Positions 28,253 through 37,831 of a stretch of DNA of 64,000 nucleotides are shown here, in pieces. A model generated the notes under the pieces. It had not been told where the DNA came from. It saw only the letters and a list, made by a program, of their open reading frames with translations, and made no database searches. The stretch spans positions 1,043,729-1,107,728 of the forward strand of contig OZ251529.1 of the NCBI GenBank assembly GCA_965243125.1, written 5' to 3'. The first letter of the stretch is position 1. Every line of letters begins with the position of its first letter. The position numbers and the translations under genes were made by a program. Origin of the DNA: Dehalococcoidia bacterium. Lineage in GTDB: Bacteria; Chloroflexota; Dehalococcoidia; Bin125.

Positions 28253-28850
28253 ACAGCGCCTGTTCAAATTCGAGAATGCGGCGCGCCTGATAGACGGTCA
28301 GCCCGTATTCGTCGACCATCTGCTCGGTGTGCGACGCGGTGGGGTAGGTGTTCGCAAGCATCGCCGTGCGCAGCCGGCGGGCGCGCACAGTCGGCTCGCC
28401 TGCGCAGAAGTTCGGGCGCATTTCCACCGCATCGGCGAAGCGGAACAGCCGCCCCAGCGGGCCTTCGTGCCGGCGTTCGCTCCAGAAGCGCTGGAGGTCC
28501 ACCTGCTTGGGCAGCGCCGCCTCAAGTACGCGCTGCGGCAGCGTCGCCGCCCACTGCGGACAAGCTGCATCAAGCCGCGTCAGCGCATCGGGCAGGTCGC
28601 CCTCCGCCAGCCCCAATTCGAGCAGCTTGGCCGCGGCGAGCACGCGGTGATGCTCGTTCCAGCTGTAGTACCACGGCGGATCGCCGAACTCCTCGCGATC
28701 CGGGTCGTCGTTGATCACCGAGGCAGGCAGCAAACCTTCCGCGCGCCAACGCTCGAGCTGCTCGGGATCCAACCCCGAAAGCCCGGCGACGATGGCCGGC
28801 GAGATCGCGCCTTCGTCGTGCAGCGGATCGGACTCTGCGTGACAGCTCAT
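28215..28850 (-). CDS. MerR-like HTH plus C-terminal DUF433 fusion protein, putative antitoxin (module A)
   Basis: N-terminal LSGLDPEQLERWRAEGLLP is a MerR-type HTH. The C-terminal about 60 aa (EPTVRARRLRTAML...LTVYQARRILEFEQAL) matches DUF433. Its stop overlaps the downstream DUF5615 gene. Confidence 0.55.
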   Translation of the reverse strand: MSCHAESDPLHDEGAISPAIVAGLSGLDPEQLERWRAEGLLPASVINDDPDREEFGDPPWYYSWNEHHRVLAAAKLLELGLAEGDLPDALTRLDAACPQWAATLPQRVLEAALPKQVDLQRFWSERRHEGPLGRLFRFADAVEMRPNFCAGEPTVRARRLRTAMLANTYPTASHTEQMVDEYGLTVYQARRILEFEQALYDAAQVHTPAAG

Positions 28851-28888
28851 TGCATTCGTCTTTCGTCGTCGCTCTCAGCGTAGACGGC

Positions 28889-29343
28889 TCAGCCACCCGC
28901 ATCACGCGGCTCCAGGCGGTGCAATGCAGCGGCGACCTCGTCGGCAGTGATGGTGCGGGTGATGCCGCCGACATCGTGGTTGATGATCAACAGGCGGATA
29001 TCCGAGTTGGGGGCGATCGCCTGCTCAATCATGGGTAGGTGGTCGAGGATCAGCTGGATCTGCGCCTCAGTCGATCCTGAGGCGGGCGCGTTCTGTCGGA
29101 AGCGGAGCTGGATGATGCGCAAGCCGCTGTTCATTGCGCGCATCGCCGCGAGGCGGTCCTCACGTTGGCTGTAACGATCCTTGGTGATGATGGCGTCGTA
29201 GCCGCGAGCGACAGCGAACGCGAGGACGACAGGGTCAAGCGCGCTGGTCAGTTCCAAGCCGTGCAGGTGGTCCACCTCGAGCCCGCGTTACCGCAGGGCC
29301 GGTTCGAGGCTGGGCGCCATGTTCTCATCCAGCAGCAAGCGCA
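28889..29343 (-). pseudogene. DUF5615 PIN-like toxin gene (module B) with in-frame TAA nonsense codon after codon 18
   Basis: Reverse strand reads ATG CGC TTG CTG CTG GAT GAG AAC ATG GCG ... CTG CGG TAA CGC GGG (M R L L L D E N M A ... L R stop R G), with the stop at plus coordinates 29287..29289. In module A the equivalent codon is Glu (RERG). Confidence 0.55.
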
Positions 29344-29960
29344 TCGGCTACTACCGCGGTGTACAGCGCTTGTTGGAATTCGACGGCGCGGCGTACTTGG
29401 AACGGCGTCAGCCAGTACGTCTGCGCAATCTCATCGACGCTCATGCCGCCTGCGTGATAGTCGGCGACCATGTCGGTCTCGATTCGGCGCCCACCGACAT
29501 TCGGGAGACCGCCCAGCTTGCCGCTCTCCATCTCCACCGCATCGGCGAAGCGGAAGAGCCGCCCGAGGGGGCCTTCGTGGCGGCGCTCGGCCCAGAACAG
29601 TTGGATGTCCACTTCAGCGGGCAGTGCTGCCTCAAGCACGCGCTGCGGGAGCGTCACCGCCCACTGCGGACATGCCGCATCGAGCCGCGCCAGCGCATCG
29701 GGCAGGTCGCCCTCCGCCAGCCCCAATTCGAGCAGCTTGGCGGCGGCGAGCACGCGGTGATGCTCGTTCCAGCTGTAGTACCAGGGCGGATCACCGAACT
29801 CCTCGCGGTTGGGGTCGTCGTTGACCACCGACGCCGGCAGCAAACCTTCCGCGCGCCAACGCTCGAGCTGCTCGGGATCCAACCCCGAAAGCTCGGCGAC
29901 GATGGCTGGCGAGATCGCCGCCGCATCTCGCAGCGGATCGGGCTCTGCGTGACAGCTCAT
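29325..29960 (-). CDS. MerR-like HTH plus DUF433 fusion protein, putative antitoxin (module B)
   Basis: Paralog of 28215..28850 (roughly 80% of residues identical by eye); same N-terminal MSCHAEPDPL and same stop/start overlap architecture. Confidence 0.55.
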   Translation of the reverse strand: MSCHAEPDPLRDAAAISPAIVAELSGLDPEQLERWRAEGLLPASVVNDDPNREEFGDPPWYYSWNEHHRVLAAAKLLELGLAEGDLPDALARLDAACPQWAVTLPQRVLEAALPAEVDIQLFWAERRHEGPLGRLFRFADAVEMESGKLGGLPNVGGRRIETDMVADYHAGGMSVDEIAQTYWLTPFQVRRAVEFQQALYTAVVADALAAG

Positions 29961-30028
29961 ACGGACTACCTCCTCGCTGCGCCTGCGGTGTCGGCTCCGT
30001 TCAGCGTAATCGGGCGGGCGGCGCTCGA

Positions 30029-31249
30029 TCAGAGCAGCAGCAGCGGGATCGACATTTCCTCGGGGCGCAGGCCGGCGTGGAAGCCTTTGAGGTCGAGCTG
30101 ACGGTTGTCGGGCTCGCCGTAGACGATGACTTCCTTGCCGGCGGAGATCGCCAGATAGCCGCCGATCCGCTCGGCGGCGAGGTCGCTGAGCCGGCCGGGA
30201 CCGAAGAGGGCGAGGTCTTCGGCGTCGGCGCGCGAGAGCAGCGCCCAGTCTGCGCCCCAGCGCTCGCGGAAGGCGCTCGCGAAGGCGTCGGCGCGGCCCT
30301 CGCGCACGCAGAACATCGGCACGCGCGGCTCGCCGTGGGGCGGGGTGTGCAGCTCGTCGAGGATGGGGTCGTCGGGCTGCACCAGCGACATCTTGTTCGA
30401 TTCGACGCTGATCGCGCCGTGGTCGGCGCTGATCACGATCCGCGCGCGTCCGTCAAGCGCGTCGGCGATCACGCCGATCGCCCGGTCCACGGCGCGCAGC
30501 GCCTGCCTGGCGTCCGCGCCCTCGGGTCCGACGCGGTGCGACGCAGCATCAAGCATCGGCAGGTAGAGGTAGTGGACGCCGGTCTCGCGCTGTTCGACGA
30601 CCCGTTGCACGACGCTGGCCACGGCATCGCGCAGATGATCGTAGGGATCGGTCGGCCAGGCGCCGCGTCCGTAGCTGGTGAACTCGCTGCGGGAGATTTT
30701 GCGGGGGTGGTAGGTGCGCAGCGGGCCGGGCATCGCCGCCAGACGCGACGGGCAGGGGAAGGCTTCGTCCGGATTCACGCCGAAGCGCTGGAGCGCGGTC
30801 TCGGAGTGGCGCTCAACGAACGGCAGGATCGTGGCGGTGATCTCGCGGTTGTGCAGGTGCGTAAACCAGGTCGGCACCGCGTGGGTAGCGGGCCACTCGC
30901 CGGTGACGATGGCGGTCAGAGCGGCGGCGGTGGTGGAAGGGAAGACGGAGCGCAGGTCGATGCGCTCGGCGCGGCCGAGCGTCGAGGTCGCGTCCAGCTG
31001 ATCCACAAACGTGTCGCCGAGACCGTCGATCAGCACGAACAGCAGCGGGCGGTCGCGCCCGATCCGCTCGGCCAGCGCGGCGGCGGCGTGATCGTCGTCG
31101 GCCAGCGGCGCGCCGCCGATGTGGGCGACGGCGCGGGCGAGATCGACGGTGTTGGGCGGACCCGCGCCGTCGGGCTCGATCGGCCGCAGCAGGCGGCCCC
31201 CCGCCAGCCAGCCTTCGACGCGGTCGCGATCGGAGACCGGCGTCGTCAT
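30029..31249 (-). CDS. Alkaline phosphatase superfamily protein (nucleotide pyrophosphatase/phosphodiesterase-like)
   Basis: LLFVLIDGLGDTF ... FPSTTAAALTAIVTG metal-site region typical of the AlkP/type I phosphodiesterase family. Confidence 0.65.
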   Translation of the reverse strand: MTTPVSDRDRVEGWLAGGRLLRPIEPDGAGPPNTVDLARAVAHIGGAPLADDDHAAAALAERIGRDRPLLFVLIDGLGDTFVDQLDATSTLGRAERIDLRSVFPSTTAAALTAIVTGEWPATHAVPTWFTHLHNREITATILPFVERHSETALQRFGVNPDEAFPCPSRLAAMPGPLRTYHPRKISRSEFTSYGRGAWPTDPYDHLRDAVASVVQRVVEQRETGVHYLYLPMLDAASHRVGPEGADARQALRAVDRAIGVIADALDGRARIVISADHGAISVESNKMSLVQPDDPILDELHTPPHGEPRVPMFCVREGRADAFASAFRERWGADWALLSRADAEDLALFGPGRLSDLAAERIGGYLAISAGKEVIVYGEPDNRQLDLKGFHAGLRPEEMSIPLLLL

Positions 31250-31263
31250 GGCTTGCCCCAGAT

Positions 31264-32121
31264 CTAGATCTGGGAGTAGCCGGAGCCGGGCGTGTCGACG
31301 CCGGTGCCCGCCGGCGTCTTGTCGCCCATGTCCCAGCCGAACTCCTTGAGGATTTCCTGGCTGTAGGTGACGCGCCCGGAGACCTTGTCAAGCGGCTCGG
31401 TGGCCAGCAGCAGCGCCGCCTGGGCCATGATCTCGACTGACTCGGCGTCGTTCGGGTCGCGCCCTTCCATCAGGCGGTGATGCACCACGCCCGGCGTAGG
31501 CACGATCTGCGAGGGGCTGTAGCAGGTGACCGAGACGCCGTACTGGTGGACCTCGGAGGCCAGCCCCTGGGTGAAGCGCTCGAGCGCCGCCTTCTCCGCC
31601 CCGTAGAGCGTCCCACCGCCGCCGTCGCCCTCGTACGGGCCGCGGCCGGGGCCGATCGCCGCGGCGCTGGAGACATTGACGATCGCCCCCGAGCCGCGCT
31701 CGATCATCCCGCCCTCGTTGAGGCAGAGCTGGCTCATGTAGAAGGGACCGTGGAAGTTCACGGCGGTGGAGCGCAGCCAGCGGTTGATCGGGAAGTCCTT
31801 GACCGGGATGAAGTAGGTCAGCGCGGCGTTGTTGACCAGCACATCGGGCGGGCCGTAGGTGTCGATGCAGGATTGCACGATGCCCGCGCACTCCTCGTAT
31901 TCGGAGACGTTGCCGGCCACCGCCGTGGCCTCGCCGCCCGCCTCCTGAATGTTCTGGATCGTCATCTCCAGCGAGCCCGGGAGCGGGTGCGTGCCCTCCT
32001 GCAGGGTGCGGGCCGTGGCGATCACTTTCGCGCCCTCAGCCGCGTAGCACTCCGCGATCGCCGCGCCGATGCCGCGGCTCGCCCCGGTCACGATCGCCAC
32101 CTTGCCGTCCAACTTGCCCAT
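31264..32121 (-). CDS. SDR family NAD(P)-dependent oxidoreductase
   Basis: MGKLDGKVAIVTGASRGIG start. The first 54 codons of the listed ORF are a GC artefact. NNAAL motif present. Confidence 0.8.
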   Translation of the reverse strand: MGKLDGKVAIVTGASRGIGAAIAECYAAEGAKVIATARTLQEGTHPLPGSLEMTIQNIQEAGGEATAVAGNVSEYEECAGIVQSCIDTYGPPDVLVNNAALTYFIPVKDFPINRWLRSTAVNFHGPFYMSQLCLNEGGMIERGSGAIVNVSSAAAIGPGRGPYEGDGGGGTLYGAEKAALERFTQGLASEVHQYGVSVTCYSPSQIVPTPGVVHHRLMEGRDPNDAESVEIMAQAALLLATEPLDKVSGRVTYSQEILKEFGWDMGDKTPAGTGVDTPGSGYSQI

Positions 32122-32248
32122 GCCGAACCTCTCAATTCCGTCTCGCGCCGTCGCGCAGTTCCCCGTAGAAGCCGCCTCAGCATACCGCCTCGCCCTCTGC
32201 CTGCGGCGTCTCCCCTGGCTGGAGGGAGAAAATTGGGGCGGGCATACA

Positions 32249-32854
32249 ATGCATTCGAGGGAGCAGGCGATGACCACGACCAATGCCGACAGCGAGTCGC
32301 TCGAATTCCACGCCGTCCACTGTCAGCGGATGCTGGACCACGCCGCGCGGATGATCGAGGATGGGGATCGCATCCAGGCGTCCGAGAAGATGTGGGGCGC
32401 GTTTGCGCACCGCGTTGAGGCGATCGCCGCGCAGCGCGGCTGGGAGTGCAAGACCCACGACGACCTCAGAGTGATCACGGAGCACATCGCCAGGCGGACC
32501 GGCAACGACAGAATCTCCGACCTGTACCACCTTGCCAACAGCGCCCACCAGAACTTTTACAAGGACAGGCTCAGCCTGCTCGATATCGTTGGGCTGCTCG
32601 AACGTATCCAGGCGCTGCTCCCGCTGCTCGATCCCGACGATCCGAATCTGCCGCGGGCCGACGACCCGCCGACGAACAACCGCTACCGCGAACGCCACAA
32701 CCTGGATGCGCTTCCCCCCGATCTCTGGCGGAAGCGCGAGCGGGCGCTGCAACGGTTCACCGAATTGCGCCGCGCCGCCGCCGTAGAGCGGCAGTGCGCC
32801 GTGCTCGAAGCCGCAATCGAATCGCTGGAGCGCGACGCGCCCGCCGCCGACTGA
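32249..32854 (+). CDS. Hypothetical protein with possible HEPN-like R-x4-H motif
   Basis: ATG at 32249 with GGAGGGAG about 20 nt upstream. Contains DLRVITEHIARR. No recognised family. Confidence 0.35.
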   Translation: MHSREQAMTTTNADSESLEFHAVHCQRMLDHAARMIEDGDRIQASEKMWGAFAHRVEAIAAQRGWECKTHDDLRVITEHIARRTGNDRISDLYHLANSAHQNFYKDRLSLLDIVGLLERIQALLPLLDPDDPNLPRADDPPTNNRYRERHNLDALPPDLWRKRERALQRFTELRRAAAVERQCAVLEAAIESLERDAPAAD

Positions 32855-32906
32855 GCGTCTACTACCACCTCCGTCATTTCCGCCCATTGGTGCGCAGCCG
32901 CCCGCC

Positions 32907-34721
32907 TCAATCGGGGCGGCGTTGGGCCAGCGCCAACAGCATCGACAACGCCAATGATGCGCCCAGCAAAGCGAGGACGATCACCCCGACCGGCAGAGCG
33001 CCGCCGCGGGTGAGCAGGCCGCCCGTGCCTGTGTTCGGGAGGCCGCCGCCGCGCAGCCAGGCGGGGACATCGGCTGCGCCGTTGTAGATCGTCCAACAGG
33101 CGACGGTCCCCTCCTCGCTCAGCGCGCAGGCGTAGTGAGCGCTGGAGCTGATCGCGGTGTACTTGTCCGCCGGCGGCTGCGCCTGGCCGTCAAACGTGTA
33201 TCCCCAGCACTCCACGGTGCCGTTCAGGCGCAGCCCGCAGGCGTGGTGCTCGCCCGCACTGACCGCGCGAAACTCCCCGCCCGGCGTATCTGTCCGGCTC
33301 GCCCCGTTCTCTCCCCAACACTCGACCGCACCGTTCAGGTGCAACCCGCAGGTGTGGTCCGTGCCCGCGCTGACTGCGCTGAACGCTCCGGCCGGCTCGT
33401 ACGTCTGGCTGTCGTTGTACCACCCCCAGCATTCGACCGCGCCGTTCGGGCGCAACCCGCAGGTGTGGTCCCGGCCTGCGCTGACTGCGCGAAACTCTCC
33501 ACCCGGCTCATCCGCCTGGCTGCTCCGGTACCTGGTCGAGCACTCGATCAATCCGTTCGGGTGCAGGCTACAGGTGTAGTACTCGCTCGCGCTGATCGCG
33601 CTGAGTGCAACCCTTGGTGCGCCTGCCCAGCCCCAGTACCATCCCCAGCACTCGATCGCGCCGTTCGGGCGCAACCCGCAGGTGTGGTCTCCGCCCGCGC
33701 TGACCGTGCTGAACGCCCCCTCCGGTGGGTCCGCCTGGCCTGACCGATTGCGTCCCCAGCACTCAATCGCGCCGTTCGGTCGCAGCCCGCAAGCGTGCCC
33801 CCCACCTGTGCTGACCGTGCTGAACGTTCCACCCGGCGCGTTTGTTTGGACGCTCCTCCAGTTGCGTCCCCAGCACTCGACGCCGCCGTTCGGTCGCAGC
33901 CCGCAGGTGTGGGCCGAGCCCGCGCTCACGGCGTTGAACGAGCCGTCCGGCGCGTCCGCCTGGCCGTCGCGCGTGTAGCCCCAGCACTCGACGGCGCCGT
34001 TCAGGCGCAACCCGCAGGTGTGGGCCGAGCCCGCGCTGACCGCGCTGAACGCCCCGTTCGGCGCGTCCGCCTGGCCATTTGGGTTGTGTCCCCAGCATTC
34101 GACCGCGCCGCCCGGCCGCAGTCCGCAGGTGTGCCACGCGCCCCCGCTGATCGTGCTGAAGTGCCCACTGGGTGTGTCCAACCGGTTGCTGATGTCGGCG
34201 TTGTTCCAGCATTCGACTTGGCCGCTCTCACGCAAGCCGCAGGTGCGATCCGAGCCCGCGCTCACGGCGCTGAATGCTCCGTCCGGCGCGTCCGCTTGGA
34301 GGTAGTTTTTGCGTCCCCAACACTCGACCGTGCCGCTCGGCCGCAGCCCGCAAGTGTGCCACTCGCCCGCGCTGACCGCGCTGAACGCTCCGCGCAACGT
34401 GTCCGTCTGGCCGTTGTCGTTGCGTCCCCAGCATTCGGCCGCGCCGCTCGTCCGCAACCCGCAGGTGTGGTTGACGCCCGCGCTGATTGTGCTGAATGCG
34501 CCGTTCGGTGCGTCCGTTTGGCCGTACAGGTTGCTTCCCCAGCACTCGACCGCGCCCGAGTCGAGCAGCGCGCAGGCGTGTTCATCACCGACCGTGATCG
34601 CGACCGCTCGCTCGTCGCGCTGCGCCTCCGCGCCTTCCCAACCATCGGCGATGCCGAGCGCAGCGGCCGCCAAGGCGAGCAGCACCGCGATCGCCAGTGT
34701 GGCCACTGCTGATTGGCCCAT
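32907..34721 (-). CDS. RCC1-repeat beta-propeller surface protein with signal peptide and C-terminal LPXTG sortase anchor
   Basis: Signal peptide MGQSAVATLAIAVLLALAAAALG. About 12 repeats of ECWG.N..GQ. C-terminus LPNTGTGG followed by a hydrophobic stretch and RRPD, a classic sortase substrate. Confidence 0.7.
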   Translation of the reverse strand: MGQSAVATLAIAVLLALAAAALGIADGWEGAEAQRDERAVAITVGDEHACALLDSGAVECWGSNLYGQTDAPNGAFSTISAGVNHTCGLRTSGAAECWGRNDNGQTDTLRGAFSAVSAGEWHTCGLRPSGTVECWGRKNYLQADAPDGAFSAVSAGSDRTCGLRESGQVECWNNADISNRLDTPSGHFSTISGGAWHTCGLRPGGAVECWGHNPNGQADAPNGAFSAVSAGSAHTCGLRLNGAVECWGYTRDGQADAPDGSFNAVSAGSAHTCGLRPNGGVECWGRNWRSVQTNAPGGTFSTVSTGGGHACGLRPNGAIECWGRNRSGQADPPEGAFSTVSAGGDHTCGLRPNGAIECWGWYWGWAGAPRVALSAISASEYYTCSLHPNGLIECSTRYRSSQADEPGGEFRAVSAGRDHTCGLRPNGAVECWGWYNDSQTYEPAGAFSAVSAGTDHTCGLHLNGAVECWGENGASRTDTPGGEFRAVSAGEHHACGLRLNGTVECWGYTFDGQAQPPADKYTAISSSAHYACALSEEGTVACWTIYNGAADVPAWLRGGGLPNTGTGGLLTRGGALPVGVIVLALLGASLALSMLLALAQRRPD

Positions 34722-34808
34722 GTTTTGCCCTTACGCCGCGCCGATGCTCAGGATATGGGCAAGCCCGGCGCGCGGCAGGCAGATGGCAATCGGGTTTAGC
34801 CTGTTCGC

Positions 34809-36053
34809 ATGGCGGACGGATTGCAGCGGATTGTGGTGGTCGGGGCGTCGCTGGCGGGGCTGAATGCCGCGGAGGCGCTGCGCGAGTCGGGGTTCGAGGG
34901 CGAGCTCACTTTGGTCGGCGCTGAGCCGAGCCCACCCTACGACCGCCCGCCGCTCTCCAAACAGCTGCTCACCGGCGAGTGGGGGACGGATCGCCTGCCG
35001 CTGCGCGGCCAGGCCGAGCTGGACGCGCTGCAAATCGACTGGCGGCTGGGGCGGCGTGCGGCGTCGCTCGAGCTCGCGGCGCGCGCGCTGCGGCTGGAGG
35101 ACGATGAGCCGATCTCGTTCGACGGACTGATCATCGCCACCGGCGCGTCGCCGATCACCCTGCCCGGCTCGGAGCTGGAGGGCGTCCACACACTCCGCAC
35201 TGACGCCGACGCGCTGGCGATCCGAGCCGCGTTTGAGCGCGGCGGACCTGTCGCCGTCGTAGGCGGCGGGTTTATCGGCGCGGAGGTCGCATCCTCCGCG
35301 CGGGCGCGCGGACTGGAGGTGACGCTGATCGAAGCGCTCGACGCGCCCATGCTCGCCCCGCTCGGCGAGCGGATTGCGGGCTTCATGGCCGATCTGCACC
35401 GCGATGCGGGCGTCGATCTGCGCACCGGCTGCCGTGTCGTCGAGTGGCTCGGCGACGAGCGCGTGGCGGGGTTGCGGCTGGACAGTGGAGAAGTGGTCGA
35501 AGCGTCCACCGTGATCGTCGGCGTCGGCGTGCGCCCCACGGTGGGTTGGCTGGCCGATTCCGGCCTCTCGATCGGCGACGGCGTGATCTGCGATCAGTAC
35601 CTGCGCGCCGCGCTGCGCGTCTTCGCCGCCGGGGATGTCTGCCGCTGGCCCAACGCCCTGCTGCGGCCCTTCGCCTACGCGGAGCCGCAGCCCACGATGC
35701 GCGTCGAACACTGGACCAACGCGGTGGAGCAGGGCGCGGCTGCGGCCGCCAATCTGCTCGCCGAATCGCGCGGCGAGCCGCTCACCCCGTTCGCGCCGAT
35801 TCCCTATTTCTGGTCGGACCAGCACGGCCTGACGCTGATGGCAGCGGGGATCACCAGCTCGCACGACGTAATGCAGGTAGTACACGGCAGCCTGGAGGAG
35901 CGCCGCTTCGCCGCGCTCTACGGCCGGCACGGCTATCTGAGCGGGGTGGTGGCGGTCGCCTGGCCGCGCATGCTGCGCCGTTATCAGCCGCTGATCCGTG
36001 AGCGCGCGGAGTGGAGCGACGCGCTGGCCGCCGCCCGCGAAATCGAGGGCTGA
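34809..36053 (+). CDS. FAD-dependent pyridine nucleotide-disulfide oxidoreductase (ferredoxin/putidaredoxin reductase-like)
   Basis: IVVVGASLAGLNAAEALR (FAD GxGxxG) and VAVVGGGFIGAEVA (NAD GxGxxG). Confidence 0.8.
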   Translation: MADGLQRIVVVGASLAGLNAAEALRESGFEGELTLVGAEPSPPYDRPPLSKQLLTGEWGTDRLPLRGQAELDALQIDWRLGRRAASLELAARALRLEDDEPISFDGLIIATGASPITLPGSELEGVHTLRTDADALAIRAAFERGGPVAVVGGGFIGAEVASSARARGLEVTLIEALDAPMLAPLGERIAGFMADLHRDAGVDLRTGCRVVEWLGDERVAGLRLDSGEVVEASTVIVGVGVRPTVGWLADSGLSIGDGVICDQYLRAALRVFAAGDVCRWPNALLRPFAYAEPQPTMRVEHWTNAVEQGAAAAANLLAESRGEPLTPFAPIPYFWSDQHGLTLMAAGITSSHDVMQVVHGSLEERRFAALYGRHGYLSGVVAVAWPRMLRRYQPLIRERAEWSDALAAAREIEG

Positions 36054-36091
36054 GCCGTCTAGGCTGGGATCGGCAACGAGAGGCGGATGCG

Positions 36092-36724
36092 ATGAGCTGC
36101 CACGAAGAACCCGATCCGCTGCGCGATGCGGGCGCAATCGCCCCGACCATCGTCGCCGGTCTTTCGGGGTTGGACCCTGAACGGCTAGAGCGCCGTCGCG
36201 CCGACGGCCTGTTGCCCGCCTCCGTCGTCAACGACGACCCGGACCGCGAAGAGTTCGGCGACCCGCCCTGCTACTACAGCTGGAACGACCACCACCGCGT
36301 GCTCGCCGCCGCCAAGCTGCTCGAGCTCGGCCTCGCCGAATCAGACCTTCCCGCCGCGCTCGCCCGCCTCGACGCCGCCTGCCCCCAGTGGGCCGTGACG
36401 CTGATCTCGGGTGTGCTGGAGCCTGCGCTGCCGCAGGAAATCGACGCCTCCCGCTTCATCGCCGAGCGCTGGCACGAAGGACCGCTCGGCAGGCTCTACC
36501 CGTTCGGCGACTCGATCGAAATGGTCCCTGGACGCTGCGACGCCGAGCCGACAATTCGCCGCCGCAGGATCGATACGGCCATGCTTGCCCGCGAACACCG
36601 CACGGTGAGCGTTGAGGCGCTCGCGCATTCGTATCGGCTGCCCCAATACGCGGTGCGCCGCGCCCTCGAGTTCGAGCGGGCGCTGCGCAGCTTCGAGCAG
36701 ATCCATGCGCCTGCTGCTGGATGA
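36092..36724 (+). CDS. MerR-like HTH plus DUF433 fusion protein, putative antitoxin (module C)
   Basis: MSCHEEPDPLRD... paralog of modules A and B. Its stop TGA lies inside the downstream ATGCGCCTGCTGCTGGATGA. Confidence 0.55.
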   Translation: MSCHEEPDPLRDAGAIAPTIVAGLSGLDPERLERRRADGLLPASVVNDDPDREEFGDPPCYYSWNDHHRVLAAAKLLELGLAESDLPAALARLDAACPQWAVTLISGVLEPALPQEIDASRFIAERWHEGPLGRLYPFGDSIEMVPGRCDAEPTIRRRRIDTAMLAREHRTVSVEALAHSYRLPQYAVRRALEFERALRSFEQIHAPAAG

Positions 36725-37160
36725 AAACATGGCGACCGGTCTGGCAGACGAGCTCAGCGCCCGCGGCCATCCGACCGATCATGTCCAGGGCTGGCAACTG
36801 CAAGGCGGCGCCGATGGTGTCATCCTCGCTCTCGCCCTCGCTCAGGGCTACGACGCCGTGATCACCAAAGACCGCTACCGCAAGGGCGACGCCCGCCTCG
36901 CCGCGCTCCGCGCCATGCGCGACGGACTGTGCATCATCCAACTCCGGTTTCGGCAAGACATCCCAGACGCGGATTCCGCCGCAGCGCAACTCCAACTGAT
37001 CCTCGACCACGAGCGCGAAATCGAGCGCGCCGTCGCCCCCGACTCCCCGATTCGCCAACTCATCCTCAACCACGCCGTCGGCGGCGTCACCCGCACCATC
37101 ACCGCCGACGAAGTCGCCGCAACCCTGCGCCGCCTTGAGCCGCGAGCCGCAGAGGGCTGA
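36705..37160 (+). CDS. DUF5615 family PIN-like putative toxin (module C)
   Basis: MRLLLDENMATGLADEL...; 151 aa. Confidence 0.55.
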   Translation: MRLLLDENMATGLADELSARGHPTDHVQGWQLQGGADGVILALALAQGYDAVITKDRYRKGDARLAALRAMRDGLCIIQLRFRQDIPDADSAAAQLQLILDHEREIERAVAPDSPIRQLILNHAVGGVTRTITADEVAATLRRLEPRAAEG

Positions 37161-37195
37161 GCCGTCTACGCTGAGAGCGACGAGAGGCGGATGCG

Positions 37196-37831
37196 ATGAG
37201 CTGCCACGGAGACCCCGATCCGCTGCGCGACGCCGGCGCAATCGCCCCGACCATTGTCGCCGGTCTTTCGGGCCTGAACCCCGAACAGCTTGAGCATTGG
37301 CGCGCCGACGGCCTGCTGCCCGCCGCCGTCGCCAACGACGATCCCGACCGCGAAGAGTTCGGCGACCCGCCCTGCTACTACAGCTGGAACGACCACCACC
37401 GCGTGCTCGGCGCCGCCAAGCTGCTCGAGCTCGGTCTCGCCGAATCAGACCTCCCCGCCGCGCTCGCCCGCCTCGACGCCGCCTGCCCCCAGTGGGCCGT
37501 GACGCTGATCTCGGGTGTGCTGGAGCCTGCGCTGCCGCAAGAAATCGACGCCTCCCGCTTCATTGCCGAGCGCTGGCACGAAGGACCGCTCGGCAAGCTC
37601 TACACATTCGGCGACTCGATCGAAATGGTCCCCGGACGCTGCAACGCCGAGCCGACAATTCGCCGCCGGCGCATTCGCACCGCCATGCTGGCGCACGAAC
37701 ATACGCCCGCCGCGGGTATCGAACGGCTCGCGCATTCGTATCGGCTGCCCCAATACGCGGTGCGCCGCGCCCTCGAGTTCGAGCGGGCACTGCACAGCCT
37801 CGAGCAGGTCCATGCGCCTGCTGCTGGATGA
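37196..37831 (+). CDS. MerR-like HTH plus DUF433 fusion protein, putative antitoxin (module D)
   Basis: Roughly 90% of residues identical to module C by eye. The 5' leader (…gagaggcggatgcgATGAGCTGCCAC) is conserved as well. Confidence 0.55.
   Translation: MSCHGDPDPLRDAGAIAPTIVAGLSGLNPEQLEHWRADGLLPAAVANDDPDREEFGDPPCYYSWNDHHRVLGAAKLLELGLAESDLPAALARLDAACPQWAVTLISGVLEPALPQEIDASRFIAERWHEGPLGKLYTFGDSIEMVPGRCNAEPTIRRRRIRTAMLAHEHTPAAGIERLAHSYRLPQYAVRRALEFERALHSLEQVHAPAAG

Noticed and set aside
29276-29324. tRNA-like GGTTCGA sequence between module B genes
   Set aside because: It is part of the DUF5615 coding frame (E N M A P S L E P) and has no cloverleaf context. No tRNA or rRNA gene was recognised in the window.
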